The translations under genes and the position numbers were made by a program. Positions 38,422 to 46,008 of a stretch of DNA of 64,000 nucleotides are shown here, in pieces (positions within the stretch are counted from its first letter, which is position 1; every line of letters starts with the position of its first letter). This DNA comes from Paracoccus sp. (in: a-proteobacteria) (GTDB lineage: Bacteria > Pseudomonadota > Alphaproteobacteria > Rhodobacterales > Rhodobacteraceae). Where the stretch lies: assembly GCF_046462195.1 (NCBI RefSeq), contig NZ_JBKGUN010000108.1:9628-73627 (forward strand). Reading direction: 5' to 3'. The notes beneath the pieces were generated by a model. The model made no database searches and had not been told where the DNA came from. It was given only the letters and a program-made list of their open reading frames with translations.

Positions 38422-38991
38422 ATGTACGGTCTCATCAATCGCGCCATTGAGGAATTCCTGCGCTCCACCTACGGGGAGGGGCTCATTCAGGCCGTGGCGG
38501 ACGAGGCCGCGGTTTCATCCGACCCTTCTTTGCCGATGTATGCGGACTTCGGGGAAGCGGCACTGGGACAGGCCGCGCTGCGGCTGGGAAAGCCTCAATC
38601 CGAGATGTACGAGGATCTGGGCGCATGGATGACGCGTGTCGAGTCGATCCGGCGGCTGCTGCGTTTTTCGGGCCGGGATTTCAGGGATTTCCTGTTGCGG
38701 CTGGACGAGCTTCCGGGACGCGTCGACCTTGTCCTGCCCACGCTCCGTCTGCCGCGGCTGCAGATCGAACTGGATGATCACAGTGTCCGCCTCCTAATGC
38801 TCGAACCCAGCAACGGCTGGCAGTTCCTGCTGGTGGGCCTGATCAGGGGGATGGCGGATGATTACGGCGCATTGTGTCTGATCGCGGTTGAAGAGGTCGG
38901 GTTGCGGATCGATATCTGGGATTCCCAGTTTTCTGAGGGCCGGACGTTCACCTTGCAGGGCCTGACACTGACAGGGGCGGCGTCCGCATGA
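38422..38991 (+). CDS. H-NOX (heme NO/O2-binding) fold protein, with non-canonical heme-pocket residues
   Basis: 189 aa. MYGLINRAIEEFLRSTYGEG... aligns by eye with the sGC beta1 N-terminus [20 protein letters not shown], and ...RDFRDFLLRLDEL... aligns with VREFLQNLDAL. Confidence 0.8.
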   Translation: MYGLINRAIEEFLRSTYGEGLIQAVADEAAVSSDPSLPMYADFGEAALGQAALRLGKPQSEMYEDLGAWMTRVESIRRLLRFSGRDFRDFLLRLDELPGRVDLVLPTLRLPRLQIELDDHSVRLLMLEPSNGWQFLLVGLIRGMADDYGALCLIAVEEVGLRIDIWDSQFSEGRTFTLQGLTLTGAASA

Positions 38992-39968
38992 CACTGTCCG
39001 GGCATCACATGCCGATGGACTCGCTGATCCGTCTGCTGCCCATGCATCTGTGGCTGGGCAGGCATGACCGGGTCCTCTCGGTGGGGCCGACATTGGCAAA
39101 GGTCGTGCCGGGACTGCCTGAAGGGCTTGAAGGCAGGCTAACCAAGGCGCGCGGAGGCGGCAAGGCGACCGAGGCGATCCGCTTGGCGGTCGAGCGGGAC
39201 AAGCGCCTGTTCCTGCGTGTTTCCCATGCGCCGGACCTCGTGCTGCGTGGCCACGGGGTCGAGGTCGGTGACGGTGGCGTTCTTGTCAATCTTGGCTTCG
39301 GAATCGGGCTGCACCGCGCCATTCGCAAGGCGAATCTGACGGATTACGACTTTGCCCCATCGGAACTGGCCATGGAGTTTCTCTTCCTGCACGAGGCCAA
39401 GCGGGGCATCTTGAACGAACTGACACGCTTCAACGATCAGTTGGAGCAGTCGCGAAAGATGGCTCTGCTGCAGGCGCAGACCGATCCCCTGACGGGTCTG
39501 GCGAATCGCCGTGGGTTGGAAATTGCCTTGGCGGCGACGTTGCGGACCGTGGCGGAAGGTGCAGGCGCCCCTTTCGCGCTGATCCACATGGATCTGGATC
39601 ATTTCAAGCAGGTGAACGACCGCTTGGGCCACAAGGCAGGCGACGACCTGCTCCGCGACGTCGGCAGGATCCTGCGAGAGCAGATCCGCAAGGCCGATAC
39701 GGCAGCCCGTATCGGTGGCGATGAATTCGTGCTGATCCTTCTCGATGTCGATTCGCAAAGTGCCCTGCAGGAGCTTGCCGCTCGTATCATCAGCGCCATC
39801 AAGAGCTTGTCTCCGCCCGAACTTGGCGATCTCAAGGTGTCGGCCAGCCTCGGCATCGTGGTCTGGCGTTCTGGTCGGACGACATGCGCTGACAGCTTGT
39901 CCGCGATGGCGGATGAAGCGCTTTACGCCTCGAAACGGCAGGGCAGGGGCTGCGCCACGATCGTCTGA
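38988..39968 (+). CDS. HNOBA-like sensor-coupling domain plus GGDEF diguanylate cyclase
   Basis: 326 aa. The N-terminal ~150 aa resemble the sGC HNOBA/PAS-coiled-coil region. The C-terminus has DPLTGLANRRG...DLDHFKQVNDRLGHKAGD...RKADTAARIGGDEFV. ATGA overlap with the H-NOX-like gene. Confidence 0.85.
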   Translation: MTLSGHHMPMDSLIRLLPMHLWLGRHDRVLSVGPTLAKVVPGLPEGLEGRLTKARGGGKATEAIRLAVERDKRLFLRVSHAPDLVLRGHGVEVGDGGVLVNLGFGIGLHRAIRKANLTDYDFAPSELAMEFLFLHEAKRGILNELTRFNDQLEQSRKMALLQAQTDPLTGLANRRGLEIALAATLRTVAEGAGAPFALIHMDLDHFKQVNDRLGHKAGDDLLRDVGRILREQIRKADTAARIGGDEFVLILLDVDSQSALQELAARIISAIKSLSPPELGDLKVSASLGIVVWRSGRTTCADSLSAMADEALYASKRQGRGCATIV

Positions 39969-40034
39969 TGGCGGAAGGTGGCGGACGGCACTCGTGACTC
40001 AAGGCACTGCACTTGCAGCACCTCAACGGCCATG

Positions 40035-40072
40035 CCTGAGAACCAGCCGCAGCTCTGCGGCTGGTTCTCAGG
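40035..40072. terminator. perfect 18-nt-arm hairpin between convergent genes (bidirectional terminator)
   Basis: CCTGAGAACCAGCCGCAG / CTGCGGCTGGTTCTCAGG. It overlaps the last codon and the stop codon of the usp gene. Confidence 0.6.
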
Positions 40073-40934
40073 CCGCGCCGTGACGGAACAAGAGGACCGA
40101 CAGCTTTGCATCGATCAGCATCTGCGTGGTGGTCGAGCCGATGAAGAGCCTGCGGATGCGGCTGTGGCCATAGGCGCCCATCACCAGCAGGTCGTGTCCA
40201 CCGGCTTCGATATGAACAATCAATGCTGTCTCGGGCGTGCCTTCCAGGCGCCGGGCGTCAGCCTGCAGGCCAGCTGCGCGCAGGCGCAGCAGGGCTTCGT
40301 CCAGTTGCTCCTGGGCGTCGCGTGGCCCGCTGCCGACCATGCAGACATCGATGTGCATCTTGCGGAAGACCGGATTGCCCGCGATGTGATCCACGGCCTT
40401 CATTGCCGAGGCTCCACCGTCAAATGCGACAAGGATTTTGGTGATGGGACGCCAGGCCCTTGAGGCCACCAGAACAGGAACACGGGCCGCACGGACGATA
40501 CGTTCAAGATTGGAGCCAAGGTGGCCCTGCGCAAAGTTCGCCGCCGCCCCCCGCTTGCCGATGACGATCACCGAAGGGGTCGCATCGCGTCCCGTGGCGC
40601 GTTCGATCAGGTCACCCTGCTCCAGCCGGGTGGTCACCTCGGTCGCACCGGCCTTGATCGTCAGAGCATGCGCATCCTCCAGCAAGGCGCGTCCCTGCGC
40701 AATGGCAACCCGCGCGCGCTGTTCATCCAGTGTCGCCAGTTCGTCCAGAAGGGCACTGCGCGCGCCAAGGCGGATCGTGCCCGACAGATCCTGCGGCCCT
40801 GACGGATCGCGACGGCCAAGAACATGCAGCAGCTCGACAGGCATGCCGGACCGCTGCGACAGCCAACCTGCATGTTCGCACACCGAAGCCGCATAAACCG
40901 AGTCGTCGACCAGCGCGATGATCTTGTCCGTCAT
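40068..40934 (-). CDS. tandem universal stress protein (UspA family)
   Basis: ATG at 40934 (MTDKIIALVDDS...), with two USP domains (...VIVIGKRG...GSNLERIV... and ...LLVMGAYGHSRIRRLFIGSTT...). Confidence 0.85.
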   Translation of the reverse strand: MTDKIIALVDDSVYAASVCEHAGWLSQRSGMPVELLHVLGRRDPSGPQDLSGTIRLGARSALLDELATLDEQRARVAIAQGRALLEDAHALTIKAGATEVTTRLEQGDLIERATGRDATPSVIVIGKRGAAANFAQGHLGSNLERIVRAARVPVLVASRAWRPITKILVAFDGGASAMKAVDHIAGNPVFRKMHIDVCMVGSGPRDAQEQLDEALLRLRAAGLQADARRLEGTPETALIVHIEAGGHDLLVMGAYGHSRIRRLFIGSTTTQMLIDAKLSVLLFRHGAA

Positions 40935-40944
40935 GGTGCACCCC

Positions 40945-42441
40945 TCAATGCGAGACCAGTTTATCCATTGCGCCCGGCTTGTCATGCACGGCAAGCCGGT
41001 CCAGCAATGTTTCCGATGCCGCGTTCAGCCCCACCACCTGAACCTTGGCCCCGTCGCGCCGGAACTTGAGGATGGCCATGTCCAGCGCCTGAACCGAACT
41101 GATGTCCCAAAGATGAGCGCGGCTGACGTCGATAGTAACCCGTTCCACCGCTTCGGAAAAGTCAAAGGCTGCCATAAGGTCCTCGACCGAACCGTAAAAC
41201 ATCTGTCCTTCCACAAGATAGGTCCGTTCGCGCCCGTCGGGCGACAGGGTCGTCGTCACGCGGAACAGTTGGGCAATCTTGGCCGCGAAGAAGATGCCCG
41301 ACAGCAGGACGCCGACCAGTACGCCGAATGCCAGGTTGTGGGTCCAGACGACCGTCGCCACCGTGGCCAGCATCACCACCGAGGACGAGCGGGGATGCCT
41401 GCGCAGGTTGCCGATCGACGACCAGCTGAACGTGCCCACCGAGACCATGATCATGATGGCAACCAGTGCAGGCATCGGAATCTGGCTGACCAGATCGCCC
41501 AGCCCCACGACCAGGATCAGCAGAAACGTGCCCGCCACGAGCGACGACAGCCGGCCCCGCCCCCCGGATTTGACGTTGATCATCGACTGCCCGATCATCG
41601 CGCAGCCTGCCATCCCGCCGATGAACCCGGTTGCGGTGTTGGCCAGTCCCTGCCCGATGCATTCCTGATTGCGGCTGCTGCGGGTGTCGGTCAGCTCGTC
41701 CACGAGGTTCTGGGTCATCAGGCTTTCCAAAAGGCCCACAATGGCGACGGCAAAGGAATAGGGCAGGATGATCTGCAGCGTCTGCAGGTTCAGCGGCACG
41801 TCCGGCAGCAGAAAGACGGGCAGCGTGTCAGGCAGCGCGCCCATGTCGCCGACCGTCCGCACGTCCCAGCCCAAGGCCATCGAGGCGGCCGTCAACACGA
41901 CAATCGTCACCAGGGGCGACGGGATCGCCTTGGTGATCCGCGGGAACAGATAGATGATCGCCAGCGAGACACCGACCAGGGCATAGGTGAACCAGGTCAC
42001 GCCCGGCATGCGCAGGTCCAGTTCAGGCAGTTGTGCCATGAAGATCAGGATCGCCAGGGCGTTCACAAAGCCGGTCATCACCGATTTCGACACATAGCGC
42101 ATCACGAAGCCCAGCTTCAGCAGCCCGCAGCCGATCTGGATCAGGCCGGCCAGCACGGTTGCGGCCAGCAGGTATTCCAACCCGTGGTCGCGCACCAGCG
42201 TGACCATCAGGACCGCCGTTGCCGCCGTCGCGGCCGAGATCATGCCCGGCCGCCCACCGGCAATGGCCGTGATGACGGCGATGGAAAAGCTGGCATAAAG
42301 GCCGACCTTGGGATCGACACCGGCGATGATGGAAAAGGCGATGGCTTCGGGGATCAACGCCAGGGCGACGACCAGCCCTGACAAAAGGTCAGGCCGGACA
42401 TTGCCCAGCCATTCGTTCCGGTAGCGTGCAAGTGAAAACAT
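40945..42441 (-). CDS. SulP-family anion (sulfate) permease with a C-terminal STAS domain
   Basis: 498 aa with ...[25 protein letters not shown]...; polytopic, with a STAS-like C-terminus. Confidence 0.9.
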   Translation of the reverse strand: MFSLARYRNEWLGNVRPDLLSGLVVALALIPEAIAFSIIAGVDPKVGLYASFSIAVITAIAGGRPGMISAATAATAVLMVTLVRDHGLEYLLAATVLAGLIQIGCGLLKLGFVMRYVSKSVMTGFVNALAILIFMAQLPELDLRMPGVTWFTYALVGVSLAIIYLFPRITKAIPSPLVTIVVLTAASMALGWDVRTVGDMGALPDTLPVFLLPDVPLNLQTLQIILPYSFAVAIVGLLESLMTQNLVDELTDTRSSRNQECIGQGLANTATGFIGGMAGCAMIGQSMINVKSGGRGRLSSLVAGTFLLILVVGLGDLVSQIPMPALVAIMIMVSVGTFSWSSIGNLRRHPRSSSVVMLATVATVVWTHNLAFGVLVGVLLSGIFFAAKIAQLFRVTTTLSPDGRERTYLVEGQMFYGSVEDLMAAFDFSEAVERVTIDVSRAHLWDISSVQALDMAILKFRRDGAKVQVVGLNAASETLLDRLAVHDKPGAMDKLVSH

Positions 42442-42614
42442 GAATCATCCGTTCCTGACCAGGCGGCGCGTGCGGCCGGGGTCCAGCAAAATGTCTGAAA
42501 AGGTTCGAATTGTCCGGCGGATCGGCGGCCGGAAGAGCCACCCGGGTTCTCACCGGGTCCATGCGCTTGCGGCGCTGATAGCCGCAGCGGGTGACCAAGG
42601 GCAAGTCCCGCGCG

Positions 42615-42640
42615 AAAAAAGCCGCCCCTTTCTGGGGCGG
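42615..42640 (-). terminator. rho-independent terminator of trpS
   Basis: Minus strand reads CCGCCCC-AGAAA-GGGGCGG-C-UUUUUU, starting about 18 nt after the trpS stop. Confidence 0.8.
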
Positions 42641-42657
42641 TACAGTGTTTCAATGGT

Positions 42658-43692
42658 TCAGGCGCGGGTGCGCAACAGGCCCATGATGTCTTTCGTCCGC
42701 TCGAGGATCGGGGTGGCCACCGCCGCCGCGCGGTCCGAGCCTTCGGCCAGCACCCGGTCGATCTGCGCCGGATCGGCCATGAACTCTGCCATGCGGCGGG
42801 TGATGGGTGACAAGACCTCGACCGCGACTTCGGCCAAGGCAGGCTTGAAGGCGCCGAAGCCCTGACCCTCGAAGCGGGCCAGAACCTGATCCGGCGTTTC
42901 GTCCGCCAAGGCGGCATAGATGTTGACCAGGTTGCGGGCCTCGGGGCGATCCTTCAACCCGTCCATCTGGCCGGGCAGGGGGTCTGCATCAGTGCGCGCC
43001 TTGCGGATCTTTTGCGCGATCGTGTCGGCATCGTCCGTCAGATTGATCCGGCTGGCGTCCGAAGGGTCGGATTTCGACATCTTCTTCGACCCGTCCCGCA
43101 GGGACATGACGCGGGTGGCCACGCCTTCGATCAGCGGTTCGGTGATCGGGAAATGCTCGACGCCGTAGTCATGGTTGAACTTGGCGGCAATGTCGCGGGT
43201 CAGTTCCAGATGCTGCTTCTGGTCCTCGCCTACGGGGACGGCGGTCGCCTGATAGGTCAGGATGTCGGCCGCCATCAGCGCCGGATAGGCCAGCAGGCCC
43301 AAGCTGACATTTTCGGTGTTCTTGCCGGCCTTGTCCTTGAACTGCGTCATCCGGTACATCCAGCCGACGCGCGCCACGGTGTTGAAGAGCCAGGCCATTT
43401 CCGCATGGGCGCTGACCTGCGACTGGTTGAACAGGATCGATTGCGCAGGGTCCACGCCCGCGGCCATGAAGGCCGCCGCCGCTTCGCGGATGCGGGCCCG
43501 CAGCACCTCGGGGTCCTGCCACACCGTGATCGCATGCAGGTCCACGATGCAATAGATCGTCTCGGCCTCGCCCCCCTGCAGCGCCGCGAAACGCTTGAGC
43601 GCGCCGAGATAGTTGCCAAGCGTCAGCCCGCCCGAAGGCTGGATGCCCGAAAAGATGCGAGGACGGAATTGGCTGTTGTTGGGTTCGGACAT
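42658..43692 (-). CDS. trpS: tryptophan--tRNA ligase
   Basis: ATG at 43692 gives [32 protein letters not shown]... (HIGH-like region) and ...KMSKSD (KMSKS). Confidence 0.93.
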   Translation of the reverse strand: MSEPNNSQFRPRIFSGIQPSGGLTLGNYLGALKRFAALQGGEAETIYCIVDLHAITVWQDPEVLRARIREAAAAFMAAGVDPAQSILFNQSQVSAHAEMAWLFNTVARVGWMYRMTQFKDKAGKNTENVSLGLLAYPALMAADILTYQATAVPVGEDQKQHLELTRDIAAKFNHDYGVEHFPITEPLIEGVATRVMSLRDGSKKMSKSDPSDASRINLTDDADTIAQKIRKARTDADPLPGQMDGLKDRPEARNLVNIYAALADETPDQVLARFEGQGFGAFKPALAEVAVEVLSPITRRMAEFMADPAQIDRVLAEGSDRAAAVATPILERTKDIMGLLRTRA

Positions 43693-43774
43693 GACCGGCC
43701 TGCCTTGGAATTTGCTGGCCGTTGGCTTAGCGGTTGAGGCCAGCTTCCGCAACCTTCTCCGAACCTGAACAGGA

Positions 43775-44482
43775 ATGCCCATGCGCTCCGGCCCCCCCGT
43801 ATCTCCGCTGAACCCGCTGCCCCCCGTGATCTGGCTGCTGACCCTGCCTGTCATCGCCTCCGAGGCCGTGTTTGCCCTGGGCACCACCGGCCTGATCGGC
43901 GGGGCCGAAGGCGTGGGCCTGCGCCTGTCGGCGATCCGGATGACCGCCTTTCCGCCGGAACTGGCGCAACGGGTCTGGACCCTTGGGGCGGTCGATTTCA
44001 GCCAGCTCTACCGCATCCTCAGCTTCAGCTTCGTGCATGTTTCACTGACGCATGCGCTGTTCGTGGTGGTCTTCACGCTGGCGCTTGGCAACATGGTGGC
44101 GCAGCAGTTCCGGCCCGTTGCGGTGGTCGCGCTGTTTCTGGGATCGGCCATCGGGGGGGCGATCGTCTATTCCGCCGTGCTGCCGCTGATCGGAGCGCGG
44201 GCCGCCCCCCTGATCGGGGGTTATCCCGCCGTCTATGGGCTGGTTGGCGCCTTTACCTTCCTGCTGTGGACAAGGCTCGCGGCCGAGAACGCCAATCGCC
44301 TGCGGGCCTTTGCCCTGATCGGCGTGCTGCTGGCCTTCCAGTTGGTCTTCGGGCTGCTGTTCGGCGGTGCGGGTCAGGGCTGGATCGCCGAGATTGCGGG
44401 CTTTGCCACCGGATTTGCGCTGTCCTTCCTGCTGGTCCGCGGAGGGATCGCCCGTGTCCTGGCGCAGATCCGACAGCGTTAA
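43775..44482 (+). CDS. rhomboid-family membrane protein with a substituted catalytic dyad (putative pseudoprotease)
   Basis: 235 aa polytopic protein. [15 protein letters not shown] matches the rhomboid TM2 motif, [12 protein letters not shown] sits where GxSGxxxGLxGA is expected, and AEIAGFATG sits where AHxxG is expected. Confidence 0.75.
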   Translation: MPMRSGPPVSPLNPLPPVIWLLTLPVIASEAVFALGTTGLIGGAEGVGLRLSAIRMTAFPPELAQRVWTLGAVDFSQLYRILSFSFVHVSLTHALFVVVFTLALGNMVAQQFRPVAVVALFLGSAIGGAIVYSAVLPLIGARAAPLIGGYPAVYGLVGAFTFLLWTRLAAENANRLRAFALIGVLLAFQLVFGLLFGGAGQGWIAEIAGFATGFALSFLLVRGGIARVLAQIRQR

Positions 44483-46008
44483 CCGCGCCGAACCGCCGCC
44501 CTCAGTTCCGACGGACGATAGCCCGCGATCAGATAGGCCAGGGCGAAATAGATCGCGGCGCCGCCGAAGACCAGGATCGCAAGACCGGCGCCGCGGCCCA
44601 GGCTGGAGGCCTCCAGCCAATCGCGCATGAACCACAGGACAACGGCCATCAGAATCGACGCTGCAAGGATGCGCGGAAAGGCGCGCCGAAGCCGCGCATC
44701 TGCACGGGCCGCTTGTCCCATCGCACGGGTGCCCCACCAGAGCTGCACGACCATGACCCAGGCCGCGATGGTGGTGCCGAGCGCCGCCGCCAGAAAGCCG
44801 AAGACCGGCATCAGGCCAAAGGCCGCGACGGCATTGACGACCATCGAGAACAACGCAAAGCGGAAGGGCGTCCGCGTATCCTCGCGCGCGAAGTACAAGG
44901 GCTGCAGGATCTTCTGCAGCACGAAGGCCGGCAGCCCGAGCGCATAAACGACCAGCGCCGCCGAGGTTTGCTGCGTGTCGAACGCCGTGAAGGCCCCGCG
45001 CTGGAACAGGGTCGAAACCATGGGCTCGGCGATGACGGCGATCGCGAAGGCGGCCGGCAGGGTCAGGAACAGACCGAATTCGGTCGCGCGGGAATAGGCG
45101 GACTGGCCGCCCGCGTGATCCTCGGCCCGGATGCGGCGCGCCAGTTCGGGCAGCAGCACCACGGCCACCGCGGCACCGACCACCCCGAGCGGCAGTTGGT
45201 ACAGCCGGTCGGAATAGGACAACCAGGCGATCGCACCTTCGAAGCGTGACCCGACCTGGCGGCCGATCAGCAGGTTGATCTGAACGACCCCGCCCGCAAA
45301 GGCTGCGGGAAGGGCAACGGCCACCAGCCGCCGCATGTCGGGCGACAGGCGCGGGCGGCGCGGCCAGAAGACATAGCCCGTCCGCTTCGCATCCCACCAT
45401 ACCAGCGCCAGCTGGGCGATGCCCGTGACAGGCGTGGCCCATGCCAGTGTCAGGCCCAGGTCCCAGCCCTGCCATCGCCCCATGCCCATGGCCGCGATGA
45501 ACAGCAGGTTCAGCAGCACCGGCGCCGCCGCCGCCGCCGTGAACCGCCCGTTGGCGTTCAGCACGCCCGAGATCATCGAGGCCATCGAGATCAGCAGAAT
45601 ATAAGGGAACGTGATCCGCCCGTATTCGACCGCCAAGTCGAAGCGTTCGTCCCCGGCAAAGCCCGATGCCATCAGCCAGACCAGACCCGGCATGAAGATC
45701 ATCGCCACCGCCGACAAGGCCAGAACCGTCAGGAACAGCCCCGAAAACGCTTCTCGCGCGAAACGCTGCGCTTCTTCCGCGTCTTCCAGCTTTTTCGAGA
45801 ACATCGGCACGAAGGCGGTGTTGAACGCGCCTTCGGCGAAAAAGCGGCGGAACATGTTGGGCAGCGACAGCGCGATCAGGAACGCCTCGGCCACTGCGCC
45901 CGTGCCCAGCCATGCCGCCATCAGGATGTCCCGCACGAATCCCGACGCACGCGAGATCAGCGTCCAGAGTCCCACCGACAGGAACCCCCGCACAAGTCCG
46001 TTCTTCAT
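44479..46008 (-). CDS. murJ: lipid II flippase MurJ (MviN)
   Basis: 509 aa with ...SRASGFVRDILMAAWLGTGAVAEAFLIALSLPNMFRRFFAEGAFNTAFVP.... Confidence 0.93.
   Translation of the reverse strand: MKNGLVRGFLSVGLWTLISRASGFVRDILMAAWLGTGAVAEAFLIALSLPNMFRRFFAEGAFNTAFVPMFSKKLEDAEEAQRFAREAFSGLFLTVLALSAVAMIFMPGLVWLMASGFAGDERFDLAVEYGRITFPYILLISMASMISGVLNANGRFTAAAAAPVLLNLLFIAAMGMGRWQGWDLGLTLAWATPVTGIAQLALVWWDAKRTGYVFWPRRPRLSPDMRRLVAVALPAAFAGGVVQINLLIGRQVGSRFEGAIAWLSYSDRLYQLPLGVVGAAVAVVLLPELARRIRAEDHAGGQSAYSRATEFGLFLTLPAAFAIAVIAEPMVSTLFQRGAFTAFDTQQTSAALVVYALGLPAFVLQKILQPLYFAREDTRTPFRFALFSMVVNAVAAFGLMPVFGFLAAALGTTIAAWVMVVQLWWGTRAMGQAARADARLRRAFPRILAASILMAVVLWFMRDWLEASSLGRGAGLAILVFGGAAIYFALAYLIAGYRPSELRAAVRRG

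Noticed and set aside
40035-40072. Perfect 18-nt-arm inverted repeat as a REP/MITE-type repeat element
   Set aside because: I saw only one copy in the window. It sits exactly between convergent genes, so a bidirectional terminator is the simpler reading.
42502-42510. GGTTCGAAT, a tRNA T-loop-like string
   Set aside because: The flanking bases (AAAGG and TGTCC) cannot form a T-stem, and no acceptor or anticodon arms are evident. I found no tRNA gene in the window.
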